Both the position numbers and the translations under genes were made by a program. Below the pieces are notes generated by a model. The model ran no database searches, was not told where the DNA came from, and worked only from the letters and a program-made list of their open reading frames with translations. From a virus, in IMG/VR virus record IMGVR_UViG_3300042807_000094: DNA of 38,738 nt. One strand, given 5' to 3'. The stretch's first letter is position 1, and each line of letters begins with the position of its first letter. Below are positions 1-10,200 of this stretch, in pieces.

Positions 1-522
1 GGCTTTTGGTAATGCATATCTTGCATTTTTTCCAACCGTCATAGACGATACAACTCTACATGGATCTTGTGAAGCGTTGTCGCACTCGCAAGCAAGCCTT
101 ACATTTATACATCCCTTGGCTATATAATCGAGCATCTTGGCTACGATTGAGTTAACAGCGGTCTCATTCATTCCATTCTGTATCAGAGTACCGTCTAACG
201 CACTAACAAATAGCTCAGTCAATCGCTGTTGAGCTACTTCTGGCCCTAGGATAGCAATAAGCTTTACTATTTCCGGTGGATATTTGTTATTTTCTTGCGT
301 TGCAGACTCCAAAAATGGAGTAGCTTTTAGCCCAAAACATCCATTTGGATTGATTATCAAACGAAGTTTTAGCTCTTGTAGACTTGGAGTACAGCTAAAG
401 TTGTACTGTTTTGCCGTGTTTGCCAGAGCTAAATCATACGCAAAGTTATATGCCAACCCAGACCTTAAGGAAGAGGCATAAAACGAAGCCATAGTTGTGA
501 TAAAATCTGTACTAGAAGCCAT
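1..522 (-). CDS. Hypothetical, probable virion protein; partial, runs off the left edge (174 codons seen)
   Basis: Not in the ORF track. Hand translation from ATG at 522 gives MASSTDFITTMASFYASSLRSGLAYNF...RLACECDNASQDPCRVVSS...YALPKA with no stop to position 1. AAGG lies upstream and the start is 5 nt after the previous stop. Confidence 0.8.
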   Translation of the reverse strand, partial: MASSTDFITTMASFYASSLRSGLAYNFAYDLALANTAKQYNFSCTPSLQELKLRLIINPNGCFGLKATPFLESATQENNKYPPEIVKLIAILGPEVAQQRLTELFVSALDGTLIQNGMNETAVNSIVAKMLDYIAKGCINVRLACECDNASQDPCRVVSSMTVGKNARYALPKA

Positions 523-527
523 TTTGT

Positions 528-2678
528 TTACCTTGTCCTCTCGATTCTTGTTATGGTTGGTGCGTTTTCTGGTGGTTGTGTCCTGCCAGAACCCACTACT
601 CTGCTTGGGTTAATAGTGCCTGTCGGTGCTGGGCGTGACGACTCTACAAGTGGTACGCTTGGTAGTTCGAAGGTTTCTTCTACTCCAAAGTCCATATACT
701 TTTCTTCGCACGGAAGCTTAGTGTTACCGACATTTGTGTAGAAGTATTCATTCTCTAACACAACTAAATATGCATATACAATGTAAGTATAGAATCGATC
801 ACTCATAATCTGCGTATCGACATAGTTTACCACTTCTTCTTTAGTCGTGTTGAAGAACCACATTTCTTGTACAGGCGTTGCATTGCCTTGGTTGATAATA
901 CCATTATCGCCAAATAAAGTAGTGTATAAAGTTGTTTCTAATATTTCGTTAGTATTAGCTATAGCTGGAGCATTAACACCGGAGTATTTCACTACTTTGT
1001 AAGCAATGACTTCTTTGTGTGGCTTATCTCCTTTCAACATTTCTGGGTAGCTTCTACCATAGAACTTGACAAGATCTGCGATCTTTATATGCAATGCTGA
1101 TGTAGCCAAAGCATAAGCTGTATCTGGAGTATTGTCTCCACTGGTAGCGTAAGCAGATTTCGTCTTGTTGTTCAGGATGATGCTGTCTAATGGTAACGAG
1201 TCTACTGGTGAGATATATGTTCCAGTATAAACTGGTGATCTGATATTATTGAGCCTTTCACCAAGCTTCAAAACCCATTCGTAATATTCCCAGGATTTAA
1301 GCAGATCTCTACTCTCTTGCAATAAAAGAGATAGATATTTCTTTCCTCGCTTTCTAGTAGCGGTAGTTACCTTGAATGTACGGAAGTTGTTGATCTCCGC
1401 TATAGCTGGATTCTCTTGCAAGTGTCTCATTACAAGACCATCGTTTCTAGTTTCTTCTGTGGCACCACCGACAGGACCGGTTGGTTGAAGCTTGAAGTTT
1501 ATTCTAGCATAATATGGTAGCAAGGTTTGGAATGGATAAAACTTGTTTATTAAGGGTAATGTTTCGGATAAAACATAGATAACTTTTGAATCGAACTTAG
1601 AGTTTCTAAAGAAAACTGCAAGATTCTGTGCAAAACAGTCGAGTTCATTCTTGAGTTTTATTATTACTGGTTCGAGCTTATTGTTTAGAACATGTTCATA
1701 CATGTTTGCCAGTTTAGTTTCACCACCAAACTGGTTCAATCCTAGCTGAAGGGTGTCCTCTCTGATGATCTTCTCGTATTCCCTAGCTGTATAGTTGTGT
1801 ACAAACTCCACTGTCGCGTTGAGACTGAAATCTAAGTTAGACTCTATATTCTGTTCTACTTCTGTTAAAGTGGCGATTTCATTATCAAAGTTGCTATCTC
1901 TAAACACTTTTGCATTGTAGGTTAAAACATACGCCTGATTGGAATCAGTTGTTGGGGGAGCAGCACCACCGACAGGCTGTGACAAAGAAGCCCGTGTTTG
2001 TATCGGTCCAGTTAGCTGTTGGATCGCAGTTTCTAAAGCTTTTCCAAATGAAAGATAACTTAGATCGACGCCTATTGTAGAAAGTCTCTGAGTGGTCGGA
2101 AGCCCCGCATCTGTCAAAAGCAACATGGATAGTGGGGTTAAAGCTCCGACTTTCTGCGTTATTTGAGTATTAGCTGCGATTGTCGGGTCAACAATAGTAA
2201 ACGAAGATTCTATATCCTGTATTTTTAGAACATCGAAACCATATACCTTATTAACAGTCTGAGTAGGATCACCGTATTCATGGCCATACAGATACCTGTA
2301 CCAACATGCAGAACAATCTGGGTATGGTCCAAATCTCTGATCTGCTACCAGTGTAATGGGTGTAACGCTAATCGATGTTGGAATCGTCTTATAAGTCGAA
2401 AAGTTATAAGTACTTCCAAGCTTTATATCAAAAGGAAAAAGCTTCTTCTCGTTCCAATCTAAAGTAGATTTCTCGTTAACTACAAGATCCGAGTTATTAA
2501 CACCGGGATCTGCCTTGCCGTTTGGAAGTCTTGGATACCAATAGTTTCCGATTATTTGTCTAAATCTATCTTTGATATTTCTTTGGACGATATTCGGTGT
2601 GGTGGTGTCAACGGTAGGAAGAGTTCTCTGCTTATAGTTATTTTCGCAAACGAATACAAATCTTTGGGTTGCTTTCAT
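528..2678 (-). CDS. Hypothetical virion structural protein (716 aa) with a possible Fn3-like segment near the C-terminus
   Basis: Long ORF in the structural operon with SD-like AGGA upstream. YVDTQIMSDRFYTYIVYAY resembles the Fn3 'xxDT...YxYxVxA' strand pattern. Pro/Thr-rich tail. Confidence 0.55.
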   Translation of the reverse strand: MKATQRFVFVCENNYKQRTLPTVDTTTPNIVQRNIKDRFRQIIGNYWYPRLPNGKADPGVNNSDLVVNEKSTLDWNEKKLFPFDIKLGSTYNFSTYKTIPTSISVTPITLVADQRFGPYPDCSACWYRYLYGHEYGDPTQTVNKVYGFDVLKIQDIESSFTIVDPTIAANTQITQKVGALTPLSMLLLTDAGLPTTQRLSTIGVDLSYLSFGKALETAIQQLTGPIQTRASLSQPVGGAAPPTTDSNQAYVLTYNAKVFRDSNFDNEIATLTEVEQNIESNLDFSLNATVEFVHNYTAREYEKIIREDTLQLGLNQFGGETKLANMYEHVLNNKLEPVIIKLKNELDCFAQNLAVFFRNSKFDSKVIYVLSETLPLINKFYPFQTLLPYYARINFKLQPTGPVGGATEETRNDGLVMRHLQENPAIAEINNFRTFKVTTATRKRGKKYLSLLLQESRDLLKSWEYYEWVLKLGERLNNIRSPVYTGTYISPVDSLPLDSIILNNKTKSAYATSGDNTPDTAYALATSALHIKIADLVKFYGRSYPEMLKGDKPHKEVIAYKVVKYSGVNAPAIANTNEILETTLYTTLFGDNGIINQGNATPVQEMWFFNTTKEEVVNYVDTQIMSDRFYTYIVYAYLVVLENEYFYTNVGNTKLPCEEKYMDFGVEETFELPSVPLVESSRPAPTGTINPSRVVGSGRTQPPENAPTITRIERTR

Positions 2679-2698
2679 ATTTTAGATCCTACCATTGA

Positions 2699-5600
2699 TC
2701 AATAGATTATTTTAGTATATGCGACTGGTACACCAGTATTATAAGTAGTCTTTTGATTCATAATGGCTTGAATCCTGTCAGAGATAGAAGCTTCTGTACG
2801 AGCAGAGTTCTGTGTGGCTTGTATTCTGGCTGGACGTATGTTGTTTGTATTAGTGTTAGCTTTGGTTGGACCGATATTTGATTGAACCACGAAAAACTCA
2901 TTGTAGATTTGGATATTACTATCGACTCCAACCCGCAACAGTTTGTCTTCCATAGGCACGATACGACAAAACAAAGATTTATTAGAAGATAAAGCTTGCT
3001 TGTCCATATCAATCCACTCTAAAGAGTTCAGGTTGGATGGTTTCATGTTAGCATATTGTAACTTACCTACAACACCAAAATAGTTCTTTAGATAAATCTG
3101 GTTCGATGGGTCCGATAAAAGACCATAGTTATCGACAAATGTAGTGAACTTTGATGCGCTAGAACCCCTAAGCTTGTATGCTTGTAGAGATGGTGGCAAA
3201 GAAGCGATTTGAACTGCGTCTACAGCTTGCTCTAATGTTGTATTTGCATTCAAATCATCAGTAATGGTACCTTGTCCTAGTCTAGTAAATCCTTCTGCAA
3301 ATGTACTTTCAACCGATACTAGGATCTTATCAGATAAACTATCGTATCTCGTCAGTTCTTGTTTCTTAGACTTTGCGGTATCGATGTTATCAGTTGCGAA
3401 GTTTGTTTGATTAGGAAGTAGCTTATCAACCAAGCTTTGGTTGGAAATGATTACTTCTTCTGCTGTGGCAAAATCGAAATCACTTGGTACGACTTGGAAC
3501 GAAGCAGGTAGATTGTCAACCGAATCTAGGATAGTATAAGAAGTACTAGTTTTACTTGGTTTGTTATCATTGGCCAACTTGATTTTTTTGACCTTTTGTT
3601 CGAAAGCAAAATCATAACTTTGTTGCTTATCAAAGTTTATTACCTCGTCTACCCCATAGACTTTAGACGGAGTTAACATAAAAGCTGCTTGATTCTTGAG
3701 AATCGCTTCATTAGCTCCAACAGAGCCAGTTTCAGCATTCCAGAACTTTTGGAACTCAACTTCTGCTCTCAGGTCTAGGTATTTTGGATCGTAAATAGAA
3801 CGGTTTACAGTTGCATCTTGGGTGTCGCCAAGAGCCAAGAAGTCTATTCCCGCACTATCTTTATAGGTGAACTGTTGTGATTGTATTTCAACTGTCACTA
3901 CACCATTGCGCTTTCTGGAGGATCCAAGGCTTTCTACGATTGGACCCACATCGTCTACTCCATCAATCTTCGTACCGGAAGATCTCAACAGACTAATCAA
4001 TGTTTGCTCTAGTGTTCGAAGAACTCTCATTAGATCGTTGTGATCATCACTTGTAGACTTTGGATTAGCCAAACTGGCCAAGTAGTTTATAAAATAAGTT
4101 GGATTGAACTCATTGTTCGGCAGGATATTTAATATCGCAACCGCTTTTGCTATAGATGACTTAGAAACGTCTAGAACTTCTCTGTAGACAGATTTCGCAT
4201 CATAGGTACCTTTCTTAATGTCTTCCCTGATTGTTGAGATTCTATCGTGTGCAGCTTGTAACTTATCGAGTTTATCCATATATTCTTTTGTTGCTTTCTT
4301 TAAAAACTCAATAGTTGGATCATTAAATGTGTAAACAGCACGGTAGGCCACTTTACCGGAAGTTGGGGTAGAGTCAATAACTTGCAGAAACTTGATATCT
4401 CTAGTTTGACTTGGTAGTTCTATCAAAGTAGCCAATGGTACTCTACCACCGGTCGTGCTAATCGTTTCTTGGTCTGGTAGCTTTTTGGTTTTAAATGCTG
4501 TATTGCTACGGATTCTAGAACCAAGACTACTTCTTATGCCAACTGTAGAGTTGATAAGTTCATTATTGTCTTCATCATATAGATCTACCTTTTCGAACTC
4601 AAGAGAAAGTAACTCTTGATCTGAGTATACATCCTTAGATTTGAGGTTTCTGATGAAGGAGTTAAGCATTATAAGTTCTGTTTGATTGTACATCATATAC
4701 AACGTATTTGATTTATCTGGATTCCTAGATAACCAGAACTTGTTTTGAGGTGCTGAACTAGCATTCATTCCATTAGATTGGATTGCATCTGTGATCGAAG
4801 TCGAACATACCTTGATCATCCTAGCTAGAACTTGATCGCTTCTAATATTACCGACCGGTAGTTTGATCTTTGCCAATCTTTTTGGAGTCATAACTTTAGT
4901 CGGTGTATATGTGTAATACGAACCATTATTCAACTTCTGAACTGGCGTATTCACAATCTCTAAAGTTGCGGGATTCATGAAGGCTGTAGCAGCAGTCTGT
5001 AGATTTGAGTTCATTATAACTGCTACTTCTTTTATAGGACCAGTATAGACACCCTGTGGTAGTGATAAACCAGATGTCTTGTAATATTCGTTAAAAGAAA
5101 TCTCATCCATTTTGATAAATGTGAATAGCACAAGATGCTGACAGTTTTTTGGAATCTTAAAGTTGTACTTTCTCTGAAACTGATAAGAGGAAATATCTTT
5201 TTTAATGACAGGTAAAGTTGCCATAGCATTCAAGCGTGGATCAACTCTTACCATTGTGGTTGGGTTTACAAACAAGTTGCTATTGACTAAAGATGCTACT
5301 TGTTGACTTGTGAAGTCGAGGAAGCTTGTTTCCTGTAGAAATGCGCCGGGATCGCCTTTCTCAAACTTTCCTTGTAAAGCTGGAATAGAACTGTAGACTT
5401 CATCTATCATTCCTTGCTCTACCATCTTAGTGACGTTTGGATCCGTACTAACTAAAAGACATAACGTAAAGAACTGTGCTGGGCTATCTGTAGGAGAGTG
5501 GCAGCAAGTATCGCATTCCGGTTCATAAAAGTACCTTCCCTTTGGAGGAGTTGGAATAGAACCGGGTGCTTCAGTCTTTGGTGGTACTTCAAGAGTTGGC

Positions 5601-6031
5601 TGGTCCGGTGGTTGAGATGGATCGGTTGGATCCTGCGGAGCCAAACACGAAGTTTCCTCTAAAGTTGGAGGTACAAATGGGGGCGCAACACCAGCATCTT
5701 GTTTTGGAATAAACGGTTTATTAGGCAAGAAGGAATCAGAGGTAACGATACCGTCATCATCGGTAGAGGTCGCGCTATTGTACAATGCGGTGTCTTCGAA
5801 CGAAACTAAAGGATCTGAGCCTCCTTGGTAGGCTTGATCTCTTCTATTCATGTCAATAGCAGTAGGATTAGATTTAGAAGCGCCGGGACCGCTTGGAACG
5901 GGATCTGATAGAAGCATCTCGACGGTTAGAGACTCGTCCTTCAGTTCTACTTTACCGATATCAGAAGCTTCATAAATGCCGCCAGTTGGCTTCTGTATCT
6001 CTGATCCAAGTTGAAAAGCTAGTTGCGGCAT
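2699..6031 (-). CDS. Hypothetical virion structural protein (1110 aa)
   Basis: Long ORF with GGAGG SD before the ATG and a 13-nt overlap with the upstream gene. Pro-rich linker and ECDTCCH cluster near the N-terminus. No family recognised. Confidence 0.55.
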   Translation of the reverse strand: MPQLAFQLGSEIQKPTGGIYEASDIGKVELKDESLTVEMLLSDPVPSGPGASKSNPTAIDMNRRDQAYQGGSDPLVSFEDTALYNSATSTDDDGIVTSDSFLPNKPFIPKQDAGVAPPFVPPTLEETSCLAPQDPTDPSQPPDQPTLEVPPKTEAPGSIPTPPKGRYFYEPECDTCCHSPTDSPAQFFTLCLLVSTDPNVTKMVEQGMIDEVYSSIPALQGKFEKGDPGAFLQETSFLDFTSQQVASLVNSNLFVNPTTMVRVDPRLNAMATLPVIKKDISSYQFQRKYNFKIPKNCQHLVLFTFIKMDEISFNEYYKTSGLSLPQGVYTGPIKEVAVIMNSNLQTAATAFMNPATLEIVNTPVQKLNNGSYYTYTPTKVMTPKRLAKIKLPVGNIRSDQVLARMIKVCSTSITDAIQSNGMNASSAPQNKFWLSRNPDKSNTLYMMYNQTELIMLNSFIRNLKSKDVYSDQELLSLEFEKVDLYDEDNNELINSTVGIRSSLGSRIRSNTAFKTKKLPDQETISTTGGRVPLATLIELPSQTRDIKFLQVIDSTPTSGKVAYRAVYTFNDPTIEFLKKATKEYMDKLDKLQAAHDRISTIREDIKKGTYDAKSVYREVLDVSKSSIAKAVAILNILPNNEFNPTYFINYLASLANPKSTSDDHNDLMRVLRTLEQTLISLLRSSGTKIDGVDDVGPIVESLGSSRKRNGVVTVEIQSQQFTYKDSAGIDFLALGDTQDATVNRSIYDPKYLDLRAEVEFQKFWNAETGSVGANEAILKNQAAFMLTPSKVYGVDEVINFDKQQSYDFAFEQKVKKIKLANDNKPSKTSTSYTILDSVDNLPASFQVVPSDFDFATAEEVIISNQSLVDKLLPNQTNFATDNIDTAKSKKQELTRYDSLSDKILVSVESTFAEGFTRLGQGTITDDLNANTTLEQAVDAVQIASLPPSLQAYKLRGSSASKFTTFVDNYGLLSDPSNQIYLKNYFGVVGKLQYANMKPSNLNSLEWIDMDKQALSSNKSLFCRIVPMEDKLLRVGVDSNIQIYNEFFVVQSNIGPTKANTNTNNIRPARIQATQNSARTEASISDRIQAIMNQKTTYNTGVPVAYTKIIY
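2741..2748 (-). promoter_or_regulatory. Putative late promoter motif CTACTTAT
   Basis: Same octamer as the intergenic copies; lies in the 3' end of the 1110-aa gene, about 60 nt before the 716-aa ATG. Confidence 0.45.
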
Positions 6032-7212
6032 CCTGAACCTCCTTGTTCTTCATCGCAGCTAGCCTGTGATATTTCTACCCCCGGTGCTGCTATATTCCTA
6101 TTTAGTTGATCTTGAGTATAAGTTAACTTAGTATTCGAACATTCGATATCATAATCCAGGCGTAGATTGCCGCCTTTGATCGTGACTTCTTTGGAAAGAG
6201 CGCAAATGACTTCATCTGGTATTTGCCTGTCAAGTTGCAGAGAGAAATATGTTTCAAGCAAATCTCCATCTTGCGTATCTGGCGTAAGCAGTTGAGAAGT
6301 ATCGGTAGAAACTTCTGGTGCTGGATATAATGATTCAACTGGATCTCTAGCTTTCAAGAACCCTTGTTCATCAACTCTGTCATTAACCACAGGCATCTTT
6401 AGTTTCTTCATTTCATAACTGCCAGATTCCTGAACATACTCAAAGATCTCAATATTAAAGTTCTTGTTCTTGTATTCGGCTCCGTCCTGAAATAGATCAA
6501 GTGCAATAAAGTTATTCTCAAGATATATCGTACTTCCATCGGGAAATACTGTACTTTGATTTTGTGTTTCAGTTCCAGCGCCCAAATCTTTACTATTGAC
6601 TTTTTCGTCCATCCTACTGACGAATACGGAGCCTGACGGTACAACTGTTAATACACTCTGTAGATTTACGTCAATCTGTGGTATCTTCAAGTACCCATAA
6701 TCAGTGGCCATGCTATTGCTAGCTGTGGCAATCGAAGAACGAATCATCGTTAAATCAAACGCAGGATAATCCTGAGTTGTTGTACGAACTGTTCCCAACT
6801 TGTTTCTAACGAGGTATTGTAGTTCTCTAGTAGATTGCGAATATCTTGAGTTCTTAAGCAATATAAGATCGACCTTGTTTTCTATTTCAGTGTCTACAGT
6901 TGTGATCGAATCTAGTGGATCTGCAAAGACATTTGCATTGACTTCATTGGCAGAGTCATATTCCTGATAATATGGCTTTGCTTCTTTAAGCCTAACATGC
7001 GGCTTAAGATAAGGTGTATTACTCATGATTCTATCTTCGATGTCTTTTTGTTCTTCCGAAGTTAGACCACCGTAAGCACCATCGTACAATACTTCATCAT
7101 CAGAAAAAGCATAGTACATTGGTTTGAACTTACCAATAGAGAATAGATACTTGCCCCACTCGGTAAGCTCGATATCTATTACCTCTTCTTTGTCATCAAA
7201 AAAAGCAGCCAT
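6019..7212 (-). CDS. Probable baseplate/tail-associated structural protein (397 aa)
   Basis: Follows the wedge genes. N-terminal IDIELTEWGKYLFSIGKFKPMYYAFSDDEV loosely resembles tail-collar/fibre-attachment N-termini (LTxxG...xxxxGD). Preceded by the promoter motif and AGGT. Confidence 0.5.
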   Translation of the reverse strand: MAAFFDDKEEVIDIELTEWGKYLFSIGKFKPMYYAFSDDEVLYDGAYGGLTSEEQKDIEDRIMSNTPYLKPHVRLKEAKPYYQEYDSANEVNANVFADPLDSITTVDTEIENKVDLILLKNSRYSQSTRELQYLVRNKLGTVRTTTQDYPAFDLTMIRSSIATASNSMATDYGYLKIPQIDVNLQSVLTVVPSGSVFVSRMDEKVNSKDLGAGTETQNQSTVFPDGSTIYLENNFIALDLFQDGAEYKNKNFNIEIFEYVQESGSYEMKKLKMPVVNDRVDEQGFLKARDPVESLYPAPEVSTDTSQLLTPDTQDGDLLETYFSLQLDRQIPDEVICALSKEVTIKGGNLRLDYDIECSNTKLTYTQDQLNRNIAAPGVEISQASCDEEQGGSGCRN

Positions 7213-7226
7213 TTTATTTACCTATT

Positions 7227-7234
7227 ATAAGTAG
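7227..7234 (-). promoter_or_regulatory. Putative late promoter motif CTACTTAT
   Basis: Intergenic, 15 nt upstream of ATG 7212; recurs in the other intergenic gaps. Confidence 0.65.
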
Positions 7235-7246
7235 AAACAAGCTGAT

Positions 7247-10200
7247 TTATCTTACCCTAGTTTTAGGGGCTGGAGTAATGCCTGTTTCTACTGATTGGCC
7301 GGGAGTAGTAGGAGTAGCGGTTTGTTGTGGGACAGAAACTATAGTTGAAGGCTGTGAAATCCCGGTTGTGTTTATCTGCGCTCCAGTTACTCCGACAGAA
7401 GAACCAGCATTTATAACAGGACTTCCTACTATCTCAAAGTTCATATTTCCGAACTCTACGATTGAGAAGTTATCATATGGCCAGTTGTATGAATATCTCT
7501 CTTCTACGGCATTAGAACGTTTTCCGATCTGTGTCCTGAATCCTCTGAACCTTGGATCTGGATTTGATCTCTTACCTAGCTGCTTATCCTCAAAGTTTGT
7601 CTTGGCGCGTTGCTTCACTTTGAATACGAGCCACTTCATCTTTGAGTTTGCATTATCACCAGTTGTTCTGATCGCATCTAGGATTTCGTACCCACTCAAC
7701 GCATGACTTATAAAGCTTTCAGAAATCTCTGCCTTCGAAGCAGCTTCGGGTGGTAGATTCTGCCACATTCTTACGAGATCATTCTGAGTAAACGTGTGCG
7801 AGAACTCAAATATGTACATTGAAACGGGCGAGTAGTTTGAATCATCCTCGTCGTAGTTGTAGAAATCAAAAGTTGGTGGGAAGACGTATTTTTGCATCTT
7901 CTTGTACATATCAACCATTGATTGACCGGGGATAGCTGGGGCAGTTGGTTCATAGCTTGGATTCAAAGCTACTCTGCGCGCTTCAATAGCAAGCTTTCTA
8001 TCAAGCTCAAAGAACTTTCTCTTACCTTCACTTTCTACGAAAGGAACAGCTACAACAGCTTCGAAGACGGTCTTTTCTTTGCCAACGTTGCCAACTCTCG
8101 TAGACTTCTTGCGGAACTTAACAATATCCAACAATGAAGCCATCTCTGAGCTAGCGCCGTAAGCGTTCTTTATTGCTGTTGGCATGCTGTCTTTCAAGCG
8201 GTTATTGATCCAGACATCTTCGATTGGTGAAACTTCTAGGAAGATACCCTTATCTGGGGAGTCTGGTACTATACCGAACTGATGCCACATACCTACTGCT
8301 ACCGACTCAGAAGCGACAGTCGGAAGCGAGAGTGAAGAAGAACTAATAGAATCTCTGAAGTTCAAAACTGGAGTTTCAAACTTAGGCTGGATTACCCAGA
8401 TATGATCATTAGAAGTCTTATCTTCCTTGATGACAGTTGGGTTCCCATTGGCGTCAAACTCTACAGATTTTACCGGAATCTTTGCGAATAGATCAACTGA
8501 TGAAGTTAGTTGCATTGCAAATCTATTTGCATACTCACCATATGGGTGGCTATTGTATAGATTGCCTCTAGCCCAATCGGATCCAGAGTCCACTCTCCAG
8601 CAGAAAACATTGCTATTTCCAAAGATATCATCTAGTGTATGCGTAGTACTAGAGGCGCTAAAGATTACGTCTGCCCAAGCTTCTCCGTCATAGTATGGGG
8701 GAGTGAAAGCTAGATCGTATGCAAACAAACTATCTGGCCTTGCTGAGTTTGCGTAGGAACTGGTATCAATCCACTTTCTAGCAGCTACTGGAGGGCCGAA
8801 AGCTGATGGTCTAGAATACATTGTTAGACTTTCCCTCAAATCTGTTTGAGTGAAAGAGTTCTGGGGTGTAGGGTAGTTGTTGCTAAATGTTCTTGGAACA
8901 TTCGTGCTTCTACGCAGTCTAACACGCATTGAATAGTAAGTACCGGGTTTAAAACCATCAAAGGTAGATTGTGGCTCAGATACAAGGCTACTCATTTCGC
9001 CCTTATCCAAGAAGAAATCTACTACCTCTGCTAAGAAGTTATTAGCCATTAGCTCGTATAGATCATCTCCATTACCGTCCCAACTGGCGCTCAGATTCAA
9101 AGCAGAACTTGGGTGAGGCTCCATATCGAGGAATCTGACATCTTTTAGATAAGATTTGGGATTGTAGATAGCTTCAAATGGTACTCTAAAGTCAAATCCA
9201 TTTGTGCCCCCAGAACCCGTTCCTAACAGATAGTATCCTGTTAAACTTCCAGTTGTGGTAACAGTTTGTGTAGGGATTGGATCACCACTCAAAACGGCAT
9301 TCTGCATCTGTACGCGCTCAAATGAGGCTGTATAGATTGGGTAATCTACAGCTATACCAGACTTGATGCTGTTAAATAGAATACCGGGAGTAAACAGAGG
9401 AGCGTAGATTGGTCTTAGTTTAACGTTATCAGCACCTGCTGTTAGACTTGCGGTATCTGCGCCTCTTGTCTGAATGTAACTACCGTATGACTTAGAGAAC
9501 TGGAATGCTAGATCTACGGTTCTTTCAGATGGGTAGAAGCTGTCGTATGGAACAAACTTCTTGATTGCCTTAAAGCGTAGCTTAACTGCGTCTAGTTTTG
9601 TCACATCTTGTAGTTCGTTGATAGTTTCTTCTAGATTCTCAAACAGATCAGACGTTGCATATACCTTGTAGAAGTCTGTATCGGCACTACTTGAAGGTAC
9701 AGTTGTACTAGCTGTTAGCGCACAAACACCAAAGATATCAAAAGAAGCGGTATTTTCAGATAAGAAGTTACCTTGCTTAGACTTAACATAGTATTCGATA
9801 AAGTTAGAAATCCTGAACTCTGGAATAACTGTGAATGATTGGTTATGAGGGCGCAAATCTTCTGCAAACAACTTGTAGTTATCATAGAATGGTGTCAAAG
9901 CTTGACTTACAAAAGTTCCATTTGAGTTAAAGTAACCTGCTTTTTCGCCAGCTTGCCACTTAGTATTACCACCAAGAATCTGTGCGTTACCTAAAGAATA
10001 GGAAACTGGGAAGGTTCCAAGTGCGCCAAGAGAAGCAGTTGTCTCATTAATGATAGAGGTTTTAGGTGTGAAAGAATACGCAGACCCAAGAAGGTGTTTT
10101 CTGGCGTACAAAGGTGCCAATCTTAGAGAAGCTTTGGAATCTGTAGTTCCAGTATGAATCATTACATAGTTATTTTGTAGGATTCCTTCTCTGTAATTTG

